From: a virus
DNA length: 64,000 nt
Reading direction: 5' to 3' (one strand)
Virus record (IMG/VR): IMGVR_UViG_3300023179_000054
Location: 28,408-92,407 of that record
The notes under the pieces are model-generated. The model was not told where the DNA came from. It saw nothing but the letters and a program-made list of their open reading frames with translations, and did no database searches. Positions within the stretch are counted from its first letter, which is position 1; each line of letters begins with the position of its first letter. Below, one piece after another: positions 46,975 to 57,215 of this stretch. The position numbers were made by a program, and so were the translations under genes.

Positions 46975-49131
46975 TTACTGAGCAAAATAATCGGCAGCAA
47001 TTGCCTTCTTACGCTCTTCCAATTTCTCCATGGCCTTCTCGTTGATTGCGGCAAGGAGGTTTTCTTTCATATCGTTGAGATTATTTTCTAAAATGTTCTC
47101 AAGCGCCTCATTAATAAGGTTTTGATTATCCATTGTAGTTTCCTTTGTTTGTTCTGTATGCATATGTGGTGTTACATGACCTTTAACACCACCTGGTTCA
47201 ATAATGTTATCAGGTTTCATAGCCTTTTCTTTACTCAATCTTGCTGTATGCTTATGTGTTGGATGGAAGTATGTTTGTTCCGCAAACTTACTCATAGGTC
47301 CAACAGCATCATCCCAATCTTTTTGTCCGCTATTTTCTTTTGTTAGTTGTTTGATAGCGGTTGTAATACCTTTTTGTCTTTTACCCCAGGTCTTAATATC
47401 TGCCTTAGGACCTTCTAAAGACTTTTTACGTGAAGCGGAAGCCTTCTTTACATATGAACCGATTGTTTCTGCCTTTAGTTCATCAATCTGTTCTTCGGCA
47501 ACCTGCTTTGCTCTCTTTGTTGCTGTGGCATACAATACTTCTTTAGCACGTTCACCATAACGCTTTTTCATTCCAGGAAGACCTTTCTTCATGGACATTA
47601 CAATTTCTTCTTTCTTTTTGCTCTCGGCAGGAGTCAAATGCTTCTCATCAATATGTTCTTCTCTTAGTTTTTTCTTTTTTCCATCATTTTCTAAGTGTGC
47701 GATTGCCGCTTCTTTCGAACTATGTGTTCTTCCTCGCCAAAACATTCCTACTTTTCTGCGAGATGAAATTGTTCCATCACTATGCTGTGTGACGGTGCCG
47801 TATAGAGGACCTTTTTTGTGTGTATATACTACTTCTCTATCATCACCTTCATAGATACCACGTTCTGCTGTCTGTGGATATTTGTTTTCTTCTTCGCAGT
47901 TCCATTTACGTAATGCTAATGCCTTACGAGTTGGTCTGCCTTTTTCGTCCTTCATAGGACCTTTCATACCACCCATACGGGCACAGAATGACTTACGACG
48001 CTTTGCTGGTTTGCTATCTGGGTCCAACTTTGATGGTTCAGTTGTAACGGCCATAGAAAGTTTAGAACCAGGATGTTCTCTACGATATGAAGCAATACCT
48101 TTACGGTTCAATCCACCTTCTGGGTCTTTACCGGCCTTGCGCTGCCATGCTGCGGACTCATATGTTGGTCTTTCGGTATAAGGAGTTGCGCTGCTACCTT
48201 GTTCTTCAACAGGTACACAATTAGGAACTTCTTTACCATCTTTTTTCTTCATACCATAGGCCTTATAACCCTTCCAGCAAGGATTGCCCATTTTCTTTTC
48301 TTCTTCCATGTGCGCCTTCTTTTTTAATGCTGTTTTTGCTAAATCGTATCCTTTTTTACCATAATGAACCGCGCTGGCACCCCAACCTGCGGCACCTGGT
48401 AATGCTGTTGCTGCTCTTACCATATCAGTTTGATGTCTCGGTTTATGCTGACTAATAGCATCACCCATGGTATACATATTAGCAGCAGTCATTCCTGTTA
48501 CGGCAACTGTTTTAGCAATCTTTTTGGCCTTGTCTAACTTTGGACCTTCTTCTAACTGATTAATCTTTTTAGGCGGAGCATCAGTTAGTCCTTCATATCC
48601 TATATTACCACCAAGTTCGTTTAGTTTACCTTTTCTATACTTATCAAAGTTAACCTGTAAAGGATGTTTTGCTTCTTTTAATGTTTTATTAGAAGCATTT
48701 CCATCAGTAGGGTCGAAAAAGTTAAAACCTAATTTACTATTATGGTACTCAAGATGTTTCTTTTTAATTAAATCTAACTTATTGCCATTCTCATCTTGAT
48801 AAGACATAGAATTGGTATCAATATAACTTTGTACCGGGTCAACACCAGGGTCTCCCGTTACGTATCCTAAACCTCTAACACCAGAAATACCAGTTTCTTC
48901 TTTAACAGAAATTGGAGTTTTTTCCATTTTCTTTAATTTTTTATAGTAATCTGGTCTCTCGTTAATATGGTCTCTGGCAACTTGTCTGGCCTTGACTATA
49001 CTTTTATTATGCTCTTTCTCAACCTCTGCACCCTGGTTTACAAGTTCCATAACCTTTGCGACAGGAAGTTTCCACTTCTTGGCAATTGCTACTATACCTG
49101 GTGTTCTAACATCGGTTGATTTGTGGGACAT
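46975..49131 (-). CDS. multi-module internal head protein with C-terminal gp67-like core domain
   Basis: modules E.EH...A.DH..E.PDYY, CWKGY...VPNCVP and AWQRK.GK...SFCARM...RKWNC separated by xxE sites. Confidence 0.7.
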   Translation of the reverse strand: MSHKSTDVRTPGIVAIAKKWKLPVAKVMELVNQGAEVEKEHNKSIVKARQVARDHINERPDYYKKLKKMEKTPISVKEETGISGVRGLGYVTGDPGVDPVQSYIDTNSMSYQDENGNKLDLIKKKHLEYHNSKLGFNFFDPTDGNASNKTLKEAKHPLQVNFDKYRKGKLNELGGNIGYEGLTDAPPKKINQLEEGPKLDKAKKIAKTVAVTGMTAANMYTMGDAISQHKPRHQTDMVRAATALPGAAGWGASAVHYGKKGYDLAKTALKKKAHMEEEKKMGNPCWKGYKAYGMKKKDGKEVPNCVPVEEQGSSATPYTERPTYESAAWQRKAGKDPEGGLNRKGIASYRREHPGSKLSMAVTTEPSKLDPDSKPAKRRKSFCARMGGMKGPMKDEKGRPTRKALALRKWNCEEENKYPQTAERGIYEGDDREVVYTHKKGPLYGTVTQHSDGTISSRRKVGMFWRGRTHSSKEAAIAHLENDGKKKKLREEHIDEKHLTPAESKKKEEIVMSMKKGLPGMKKRYGERAKEVLYATATKRAKQVAEEQIDELKAETIGSYVKKASASRKKSLEGPKADIKTWGKRQKGITTAIKQLTKENSGQKDWDDAVGPMSKFAEQTYFHPTHKHTARLSKEKAMKPDNIIEPGGVKGHVTPHMHTEQTKETTMDNQNLINEALENILENNLNDMKENLLAAINEKAMEKLEERKKAIAADYFAQ

Positions 49132-49132
49132 G

Positions 49133-50998
49133 TTAATCCTTGAACGTTAATACGGTATTTAGTTTAACTAAGATGCCATTTTCATTTAGGTGTGTAACAC
49201 GACCTTCTGAATCAGCATATTGTCCTGAACCAACATATATAAGTCCTAAGTCCTTTGCTTCTTTAACAACGGACTTTTTAGCAGGTGATGCCTTTTTACT
49301 TTTCATTCTTTCGAGTTCAATCTTTTTATCCATCATCTTGGATTCATGATCTTTATTGATTAATTCATTTTTACTAACAGGTTGTTCTTCGGTATTTTTA
49401 TCAATTTCTTGTTGAACGGCAGCCTGTGTTATTTGTTGTTGAGCCTGAAACTGCAATTGGTTTTGTTGATCCTGCATCATTTGGTCTTGTTGAGCCTGCA
49501 TTTGCTGTTGCTGTTGCTGTGCTATAATAGCATTTTCTTTTTCCATCTCACCATTAATTTCTTCAATATCTTCATCGGTCTGTTGAAGAATATTCTTACG
49601 GACCCATAATTGACTAAAATACTTACCGACATATGGATCGGCCGCAGCAAGAACCTGTAATCTATTTGTTAATAGTTCAGCCTCTTTAAGTTCGTCAAAG
49701 TTATTATCTTTTTTATAGTCGTACCAAATGTCTTCCTTAAATTCTCTCCACTCTTCTTCGGTACAGACCTTTTTAAGAACCAACTGGACTCTTAGTAGGT
49801 CATCAAATAGAATAGAGAATTTATTACGGAGTCTTTGAACGAACTTATTAAACTTTAACTCATCTCTGGTGATTTCTGTTGTTCTTCCTAATGAAAAACC
49901 TTGTGTTGGTTCTAAACGAGAAATAGGAACACCAAGTGATTTGTATAGTTTGGTTTGGAAATACTTAACGTCTTCCAATTCACCAAGATTTCTCGCACCT
50001 TCTAATGTGGAGATTTCGGTGCCTTTAGAACCTTCACGGCGAGGCAACCAAAAATCTTCAAGCATGGAAAGATGTTTACGGTCGTCTTTGATTTCACCGG
50101 TTGAGGAATCATAAACTAACTTATTACGATACTTAACCATGATATCACGGACATATTGGTCTGCCTTAATGGTAGGCATATTACCAACATCGATATAAAA
50201 AACTCTTCTTTCTGGCGCGCGGGAGAGACGATAGATAACGGTAGCGTCCTCAACCATACGCAAGTTATTAAATGGTTTAATGGCCTTATGAAGATAAGAA
50301 AGAACCATCGTTTGTTTTGGATCCATTAAACCTGAATTGATGTTAATAATGGAGTCTGGTGCGATCTTAGCACCTAAATTAGTACCTGAACCAATCATAC
50401 CTCTTTCGTTATAGAGATAATACTCAATCTGTCTTTTGATTAGTTCTACACCGGTTTGTGGGTCTCGCATTTTTTGAATTTCACGGATTTTACGAATACG
50501 GCGAGGGTCAATATATTTGATTTCTTCGATGCCAACCGCAGGATTAGTTTCATCGATTATAAGGTGATAAAACAATCTACCATCGATATACCATCTACGG
50601 AAGATATCGTGGCCCATATTACCAAAGTTAAGCAATTTTAGAATGTAGTTGAACTCATCCTCAATACGCTTTTTAATTTGAGGAGGAACTTTTAATTCAT
50701 CTGTATTGATTTCTACTGATGTACCGGAATCTTCAATAACAATAGCCTCATTAACGATTTCGTCAATAGCGGTTTCCGCTTCTGGTTGAATAGCAAGTTC
50801 ACGATACTTTGTGATTAACTGTGTTTCGTTTCTGAATGTACCATCAAGGTCTACATATGTACCATAATAACCGGCACCAGCAACCGTTACCGCCCCATCA
50901 TCGTTCTGAGGTAGTGTGAAGGTTTTATTCTTAGGATCAATTATATTTTGATCCTCTTGTTTTTTAGGGGTACCTATTTCAAATCCGAAGAACTTCAC
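49133..50998 (-). CDS. gp20: portal protein with Gln-rich C-terminal extension
   Basis: FRRWYIDGR, SYLHKAIKP.N.LRM.EDA.VIYR..RAPERR.FYIDVGN and EDFWLPRREG. Confidence 0.98.
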   Translation of the reverse strand: MKFFGFEIGTPKKQEDQNIIDPKNKTFTLPQNDDGAVTVAGAGYYGTYVDLDGTFRNETQLITKYRELAIQPEAETAIDEIVNEAIVIEDSGTSVEINTDELKVPPQIKKRIEDEFNYILKLLNFGNMGHDIFRRWYIDGRLFYHLIIDETNPAVGIEEIKYIDPRRIRKIREIQKMRDPQTGVELIKRQIEYYLYNERGMIGSGTNLGAKIAPDSIININSGLMDPKQTMVLSYLHKAIKPFNNLRMVEDATVIYRLSRAPERRVFYIDVGNMPTIKADQYVRDIMVKYRNKLVYDSSTGEIKDDRKHLSMLEDFWLPRREGSKGTEISTLEGARNLGELEDVKYFQTKLYKSLGVPISRLEPTQGFSLGRTTEITRDELKFNKFVQRLRNKFSILFDDLLRVQLVLKKVCTEEEWREFKEDIWYDYKKDNNFDELKEAELLTNRLQVLAAADPYVGKYFSQLWVRKNILQQTDEDIEEINGEMEKENAIIAQQQQQQMQAQQDQMMQDQQNQLQFQAQQQITQAAVQQEIDKNTEEQPVSKNELINKDHESKMMDKKIELERMKSKKASPAKKSVVKEAKDLGLIYVGSGQYADSEGRVTHLNENGILVKLNTVLTFKD

Positions 50999-51024
50999 AT
51001 TATAATCCTTTTAATAGATTGAAT

Positions 51025-51064
51025 TCCCATGGAGATTTCTCTCCATGGGATTAGTAGTATTTAG
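51025..51064 (-). promoter_or_regulatory. late promoter CTAAATA and 11-bp hairpin between gp19 and gp20
   Basis: TCCCATGGAGA/TCTCCATGGGA inverted repeat downstream of CTAAATA (51058-51064). Confidence 0.65.
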
Positions 51065-51631
51065 TTATGCGCCACCAACATAATCAGTTGTTTGTATTGG
51101 GAAGACCGATTCCCACCACTGATATGCTAATGCAACACTAAACTCTTCAATCTGGTCGCCTAAACTCCAGTCAAGGTCGATTGGAGCAACATCTGTTGGA
51201 AAAGCACCAACAATCTTATACTGCTTAATCATTTCACCAGTCTTTGCGAACTGGGTGACCCAAGCATCTGCCTGATATAGGTTAGATGTTGCGAGAGCAG
51301 GACTACGAAGGTTGCCAACGTGTGAGTTAAGACCACTCATCCACAACTCAAGGTTGTTTCTGATACGGAAGTTCTCATCGTTAATGACGGTAAAAGACCA
51401 ATCTGTGAATGATCTTGTACCGGCAACTTTGATTTCACGACCAAAGTATGGAACGCTAATCTGTGAAACGCTGTCGCCTGGTAATGATGTTGCTCTGGCC
51501 TTGAAACGAATTTCTTGGTCAAGAGCAGTAAAACCTGCTGCCGGAGGTAGGTTCATAACAACTTCAAAAAGACTGGCGCGGGCACCGTCTAATTGAAGGC
51601 TTGCTCTGAATTCTTGAACATTAAATGCCAT
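51065..51631 (-). CDS. gp19: tail tube protein
   Basis: GAR..LFEV, LPG, GR..K.AG.R.F.DW..TV.NDE.F and IEEF.V...YQWW. Confidence 0.97.
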   Translation of the reverse strand: MAFNVQEFRASLQLDGARASLFEVVMNLPPAAGFTALDQEIRFKARATSLPGDSVSQISVPYFGREIKVAGTRSFTDWSFTVINDENFRIRNNLELWMSGLNSHVGNLRSPALATSNLYQADAWVTQFAKTGEMIKQYKIVGAFPTDVAPIDLDWSLGDQIEEFSVALAYQWWESVFPIQTTDYVGGA

Positions 51632-51659
51632 TTGTTTTTTCTCCTATTCTTTCTATTTA

Positions 51660-53336
51660 TTAGAATTTGCCGACGATTTCGGAGAAGGCAACTCCGGTGC
51701 GTACCGCAACGAAGTTCAACTGGATAAAGTTGATTGCGCGGGCAGGCTTAATGTAAATGTCTCCGACGAAACGATTTCCGTCGATGACCTCTGGTGTATT
51801 GTTTGTTTCGTCACAGACAACTTTGTATTCATAGATACCACGGCGACCTTTAACGTCACGTAGGAATGGTTCTACGAGGGCAACGAACTGGGCTCTTGTG
51901 AACTCATCGTTGAACTCGAATAGTGAATACTTGGCTGCTCTTGAGATTGACTTCTCAAGGACGATAAACAATCTACGAACGTTAATACGGTCGAAAGCTG
52001 ATGGCTTAGCAGTCATGGTCTTATCACCATAAAGAACTGTGCCTGTACCCATCATGGTTACAACTGGGTTGATTGAGTTCTTATAAAGTGTGTCTCTATC
52101 AGCCTGATTAGGAGACCAAGCAAGTTGAACAACGTTCTTAACAAGACCTCGGTTTAGACCAGCTGGTGACCACCATGGATCACGATTAAGATCGGTTGCC
52201 GCACAGAGACCAGCAATATCACCGTTGAGAGGAACCCAACGATAAAGGTTGTTATACTTGTCGAATTGCTTTTTCCAACCTGAGTCGAGAACAGCATATG
52301 AAGATGAGTTGAAATCATTTCTGTAAGAAACAATATCACCTGCTTCGCTTCCTGAGTTATTAACAACATCGGCCATTAGAGGAGAAATGAATGTAACCAA
52401 ATCTTTTCTATGTTCTGCGATGTTATCAACGATGTATTCGGAAACTGTCTGAGAAGCAGCACCGGTCATCAATAGGGAAACATCAACTGAATCGATATTG
52501 TTAAATAAATCATAAGCAGTTGTTAGATTTCCGTCGGTTGGTGTACCAAACGCACCGTTGGCAAGTGTTAATGTTGAAACGTTTGCTGTAAATGTTGTAT
52601 TCGCAGCGATGCTTCCCCAGTTAGCCTCAAGTTCATTAATGATATAAATGTATTCTGATTTATCTTTAATGACGTTTACGTAGTAGTTTGAAGAACCGTC
52701 ATCGTTCTTAGCGTCAATCGCTTTAGAAACATATGAATATCTTTCAAGAACGGTATTAGGAACGCCAGAAAACTTACCTAAGGTATCAACAACGATAATG
52801 TGCATTTCGTCGTTAGCACCACCTCTTGATGATGTCCAGTTAGATGTGCCTGGAGTACCATTAAAGTTTGGAGCGTATGTCCAAGAAGCAAACGCTACTG
52901 AGTTTGCTGAACCAAAGATGGAAACTTTTAGGCCGTTTCCAAGTTCTGATGGATAACGAGCAGCAACAACACCGTATTCAGAGTTTGCTGAAAGATCGAG
53001 ATATGTATTTTCGTAGTGATTTTCATTTTGAATAACAAGAGGACGGATGCCTGATGTTGCGTTGTTAGCCTTTGTTGTATCACAAGCACGAACTAACTGA
53101 AGGTTCTGTGCGTATGAAAGGAAGTTTGCTGCGGTGAAGAATGATGTAAATGTGTTTTGGCTTGGTTTTCCAAACCAACGAACAAGGTCTACTTCATTTG
53201 AAATTGTCATAATGTGATTAACTGGACCCCAATCAAAGTTGCCGGCAAAACCTCCTGCTGTGGTGGATAGTGATGGTACAATGGTCGTAAGATCGATTTC
53301 AGACCAAGTCACACCAGGGGAAATTTGATATGCCAT
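51660..53336 (-). CDS. gp18: tail sheath protein
   Basis: SPGV...E.DLT, F.WGP, W.SPAG.NRG, FDRINVRRLF and YIKPAR.INFI.L.F. Confidence 0.98.
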   Translation of the reverse strand: MAYQISPGVTWSEIDLTTIVPSLSTTAGGFAGNFDWGPVNHIMTISNEVDLVRWFGKPSQNTFTSFFTAANFLSYAQNLQLVRACDTTKANNATSGIRPLVIQNENHYENTYLDLSANSEYGVVAARYPSELGNGLKVSIFGSANSVAFASWTYAPNFNGTPGTSNWTSSRGGANDEMHIIVVDTLGKFSGVPNTVLERYSYVSKAIDAKNDDGSSNYYVNVIKDKSEYIYIINELEANWGSIAANTTFTANVSTLTLANGAFGTPTDGNLTTAYDLFNNIDSVDVSLLMTGAASQTVSEYIVDNIAEHRKDLVTFISPLMADVVNNSGSEAGDIVSYRNDFNSSSYAVLDSGWKKQFDKYNNLYRWVPLNGDIAGLCAATDLNRDPWWSPAGLNRGLVKNVVQLAWSPNQADRDTLYKNSINPVVTMMGTGTVLYGDKTMTAKPSAFDRINVRRLFIVLEKSISRAAKYSLFEFNDEFTRAQFVALVEPFLRDVKGRRGIYEYKVVCDETNNTPEVIDGNRFVGDIYIKPARAINFIQLNFVAVRTGVAFSEIVGKF

Positions 53337-53385
53337 TTTTTACTCCTTTTATAGGTTGGAATGGTGTATAATATCCATTTCAATA

Positions 53386-53392
53386 TATTTAG
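53386..53392 (-). promoter_or_regulatory. late promoter CTAAATA; (C/A)TAAATA also at 41326, 44264, 44947, 51654, 55547 and 61929
   Basis: motif recurs shortly upstream of structural genes gp18, 3, 22, 21, 19, 16 and 13. Confidence 0.8.
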
Positions 53393-53414
53393 CATTTTGA
53401 TGTTTTCCAAAAGT

Positions 53415-55085
53415 TTACAGTCTTGGATCCCATCTTTCGTCTATAAAGGATAAACCATTCTTATCGGCATTAGACCATAAATCACCATTATCATCTTTTT
53501 CCACTATATCATTAAGACCATTATCAATAAACCCAAAGGGTGTGTGGTCGACGTCCAGAATATCCATTTGCTCTTTCGATAGAACAAAACGGATGTCATT
53601 AGAAACCGTCTCTTTAAATAATCTTTGAGAGGTTAACCACCCAAAATGAACCAAGGTCATAGCAAGGTCGTCATTACTACCTTCTTCGGCCATAAATGTT
53701 TTCTTGGTAGCCGAGAATGATGATAGTTCCATGATAGTATCAGCATCATTTATAATCAGTTTGTCATTTTCTACAAGTGCCTTCAAATTAGCACAACCAA
53801 TCATTTTAGTCTGCGCGGACATTTTAAGACCGAAAGCTAACTTATTCTTACCTGCCGCAAAACCACCGGAAGCCTGTGTTCCTTGTTTACCTTTTTGTTG
53901 AAACTTTAAAAGGTTATCGTAGTTCAATTCAAAATGAAGAATATCCGCAACCTGTAGACCGATAGAGTTGATTTCTACAAGGACAAAAGCATCATTAAAA
54001 CGTTTTGCTACGGAGTATATAACAGTAGGTAATAACAGAGGTGCTATTTCGTTGTTTCTATATTTAGCAACCTGCCTATATGGTATTTCTGAAACATCAA
54101 ACACCGAGAATGTGGAGTAATCAAGTCCCTGGCCTTCTGCCACATCTACGCAAATGACATAGGTTCTTTTTGGTTCTGGTAGTTCATAGACATCCAAATT
54201 GTTTTGAGATTCAATAGGCGATTTAAAAGATAAAGTCCTGAGTTTAGCGCCAGAGATAAGAGTATTGGTAGAACCAAGGAATTCACAACCAAACTCTTGG
54301 TCGAACTGACGTTGGCTGGTGTTTCTAATAGTTTGCTCAGCCCACTTTTGGTCTCTGCCTGGCACCATCGACCAGTGGATTTCAATAGGTTTGTAATCTG
54401 ACCTACCCTCGGTCGCATCCATCCACATCTTATAGAAAAGATTCATTCCATTTGGTGTAGAAACGATAACAACCTTAGAACTTTTACCAGAAGAAATGGT
54501 GGGATAGGTAGAAGCAAAGAATTCTTCAGCTATGTTATTGGGAACGAACGCAAACTCGTCCAAGAAAATAATGTTGAACGACATACCACGAACGGAACTA
54601 CCTGAGGTAGAGTCGGCAAGGACTCTCGAACCATTAGCAAGGTGAATAGAACCTTTGTTCCATTCTTTGATACCTTGCTTGAGAAACATAGGTAGATACT
54701 CAAATGCCAGTTTCAATCTCTGTAGGATTTCACGGGCGGTAGGCGCACGGTTTGCCAAGATGGCAATCATCATGTTCTCTGAAAATAGCACCTGGTGTAG
54801 CAAATATGCCACACTTGTAGTCGTTTTTCCAACCTGTCGTGGGAGTTTACAGATAGCAAAGCGGTTGTGATAGAAGGTGTTTAACATCTCTTCTTGAAAG
54901 TCCCACATCTCAAATGGCATAAGGCCTTTATCGATGTTGACGATTTTCATATATTTCTTGGCAAAGTATACCGGGTCATCCGCACATTTTAGATATTCAT
55001 CTAATTCTTTTTGTGTGAATGAATGGCGGTACTGTTCGCTTGGTAGATTAGGATTGTTCTGGTAGCTGAACGGTAATCGCGCCAT
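53415..55085 (-). CDS. gp17: terminase large subunit
   Basis: RQVGKTT, LDEFAFV, STPNG.N.F, DVAEG...DYS and DDL.M. Confidence 0.98.
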   Translation of the reverse strand: MARLPFSYQNNPNLPSEQYRHSFTQKELDEYLKCADDPVYFAKKYMKIVNIDKGLMPFEMWDFQEEMLNTFYHNRFAICKLPRQVGKTTTSVAYLLHQVLFSENMMIAILANRAPTAREILQRLKLAFEYLPMFLKQGIKEWNKGSIHLANGSRVLADSTSGSSVRGMSFNIIFLDEFAFVPNNIAEEFFASTYPTISSGKSSKVVIVSTPNGMNLFYKMWMDATEGRSDYKPIEIHWSMVPGRDQKWAEQTIRNTSQRQFDQEFGCEFLGSTNTLISGAKLRTLSFKSPIESQNNLDVYELPEPKRTYVICVDVAEGQGLDYSTFSVFDVSEIPYRQVAKYRNNEIAPLLLPTVIYSVAKRFNDAFVLVEINSIGLQVADILHFELNYDNLLKFQQKGKQGTQASGGFAAGKNKLAFGLKMSAQTKMIGCANLKALVENDKLIINDADTIMELSSFSATKKTFMAEEGSNDDLAMTLVHFGWLTSQRLFKETVSNDIRFVLSKEQMDILDVDHTPFGFIDNGLNDIVEKDDNGDLWSNADKNGLSFIDERWDPRL

Positions 55086-55524
55086 CTTCTTCTTTCTTTT
55101 TCTTTATGGCCGACAATAACTCGGCTGCCGAACCAACAAAGACTGCTTGTTCTACATTAATGTTGCCGGCATCTGGATTCTTGACACGAGGATCCGAATC
55201 CTTGGCAGGTTCTTTTAAATCCTTAGTCATCTTCTGAAGATTATATAGGTCTTTAGTCGTGTCTCCAACGGTCTTAATTAGTGTGGAAACGACCTCGAAT
55301 CCTCTTGCTGATTCGTTTTGTCTTGCTATCGTTGATATTTCTTCAATAGCATCATTACCTTTTTCGATAAGATTGCGAAGAACCTTACGAGCAAGGATAT
55401 AATCTTCCTCTTGGTCCGTTAGACCACTTGGAGGAGGTTCATAAGAAACTACCTCCTTCTTTGGTTCAGGAGGTGTTTCATGGTCGATGCCTAAAGCATC
55501 TGAAAGATTTTTATCAAGTCCCAT
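55048..55524 (-). CDS. gp16: terminase small subunit
   Basis: DY..AR..L..LI..G, R.FEV...LIK and FVGS..EL. Confidence 0.9.
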   Translation of the reverse strand: MGLDKNLSDALGIDHETPPEPKKEVVSYEPPPSGLTDQEEDYILARKVLRNLIEKGNDAIEEISTIARQNESARGFEVVSTLIKTVGDTTKDLYNLQKMTKDLKEPAKDSDPRVKNPDAGNINVEQAVFVGSAAELLSAIKKKKEEDGAITVQLPEQS

Positions 55525-55549
55525 AATAAACCTATATGTTATTAACTAT

Positions 55550-56725
55550 TTAGCATTTTTTTAATATGATGTTGGAAATGATATCGGCATTTCCAGAACC
55601 AGAAACTTTATATTTTAATTCTTCATTCTTTGTTAGTATTTGGTATTTACCAATTTTATCTAACAATATCTCCAAATAAACGGTAAGTAGTTCTTTGGAT
55701 ATAGCAAGAGCAATACAGGCATGGACTCCATGACCCCATGCGAGATGTGCCGCATTATCTCTATATATATCAAATTCATCTGGATTTTTAAATTTATTAG
55801 GGTCTCTATTGGCCGACTCAAGACATGCTGCTACTCTATCACCAGGTTTTAAATTGATATTATGTAAAGTAATTTCTTTTAAAACGGTTCTGGAAAATCT
55901 TCCTGTTGATGTATTAAACCTTAGCGACTCGTTTACTGCTAATGGAATAAGTGATTTATCTTTCAATAAAATATCAAGTTGATTTTCCCTGTATAAATCA
56001 AGGGTTAAAAACTGTAATGCGGATATTAATGAACCAGCACCAGATACCATAGGCCCACCAATCATCAAAGAAAACTCATCCATTTTCTTTGGATTATTAT
56101 TCAAGTATTCGTTATAGATTCCAGGGCCAGTAGAAGGTATTTTCTTTCTTGTGGTATCTACTATTTTTTTGTAATTTTGTAATACCTTTTCAAATTTATC
56201 TGTAAAATTCTCAATAGTATCCTTAGATGTGGAAAAAGGATTATACTTTTGTGATTGTATAACAACATCTTTCACAAAAGGTTTATAGAGAGGAAGGTTT
56301 ATAATTTCTGCTGAGGCCCATGCCGCCAATTCTTCGGTCAATTCCGATATATTTAATTCGATTTTACCATCAAAATGTTCTATAGCCTTTTCAGCAAATA
56401 GTTTAGATATCCTTTTTATATTGTCTTTGCTATAGGCATTTTTAACAACATTCTTTAAATCGTTATGAATAGGATTATCACTCGCACCTAACGTAGTGCC
56501 AAATCTACGTGGGTCTTCTATAAGTAAATTACCTTTTGCTGATGAGAAAATATCTGGGTTATTAAGAATAAGATAAACATCTTCATATCGGGTCATAACA
56601 TATAGATTATACTTTTCACTCCAATATGCCGTTTCAGCATTTCGGAGTTCTTCGTATATTTTATGTTTATTTAATAACCATTCATTAGATTGAGGTTCAA
56701 ATTTTTCCATTAACAATATTTTCAT
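55550..56725 (-). CDS. cytochrome P450
   Basis: D.P.H (C helix), ESLR (ExxR), SANRDP..F..PD.FDI.R and heme loop HLAWGHGVHACIA. Confidence 0.92.
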   Translation of the reverse strand: MKILLMEKFEPQSNEWLLNKHKIYEELRNAETAYWSEKYNLYVMTRYEDVYLILNNPDIFSSAKGNLLIEDPRRFGTTLGASDNPIHNDLKNVVKNAYSKDNIKRISKLFAEKAIEHFDGKIELNISELTEELAAWASAEIINLPLYKPFVKDVVIQSQKYNPFSTSKDTIENFTDKFEKVLQNYKKIVDTTRKKIPSTGPGIYNEYLNNNPKKMDEFSLMIGGPMVSGAGSLISALQFLTLDLYRENQLDILLKDKSLIPLAVNESLRFNTSTGRFSRTVLKEITLHNINLKPGDRVAACLESANRDPNKFKNPDEFDIYRDNAAHLAWGHGVHACIALAISKELLTVYLEILLDKIGKYQILTKNEELKYKVSGSGNADIISNIILKKC

Positions 56726-57206
56726 ACTCTTGTATTAGTTCACGAAATCTCTTTTTTTGAGCGGCGGTTAGACCGTCAAATGTATTAAAATTTATATCTT
56801 CATAATTTATATTATTGTTTCTTATAAAATCACCAAATACTCTTTCAAAGACTTGATAATTAATCCATTTTCCTACACTATCGGCCCAAAAATAATCTTT
56901 TCCATCATCAGGTTTAGGAGTAAAATTGTTTTCTTTATCGTATACCGTATCTATCTCTGCGATTGGCACCTCATCTATAACATACTTATCGGTCCAACCA
57001 TAGTTTGTTTTTACATATTCGGTATGAACGTGCTTTTGAAATATACTTGGTTCTGGTCTTGGTGAACGAGTAAATCTTTCAAAACCTTTTGGTGGATTTT
57101 CTGGGTCAAAGTTAGGATAAAACATACGAAGGTTCAATCCCATAATAGGATGACCTACTGCTTTACCTCTTTCTACTTTAATATATAATTCTTCTGAATC
57201 TTCCAT
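56697..57206 (-). CDS. hypothetical protein, possibly fibre-associated accessory
   Basis: P.PDDGK.Y.W....G.W motif; sits between the Gly-rich adhesin and the P450. Confidence 0.6.
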   Translation of the reverse strand: MEDSEELYIKVERGKAVGHPIMGLNLRMFYPNFDPENPPKGFERFTRSPRPEPSIFQKHVHTEYVKTNYGWTDKYVIDEVPIAEIDTVYDKENNFTPKPDDGKDYFWADSVGKWINYQVFERVFGDFIRNNNINYEDINFNTFDGLTAAQKKRFRELIQEYENIVNGKI

Positions 57207-57215
57207 TATTATTCC

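Noticed and set aside
38788-55085. Introns or inteins in uvsW, gp23, gp20 or gp17
   Set aside because: Reading frames are continuous, of near-expected length, and show no splicing motifs.
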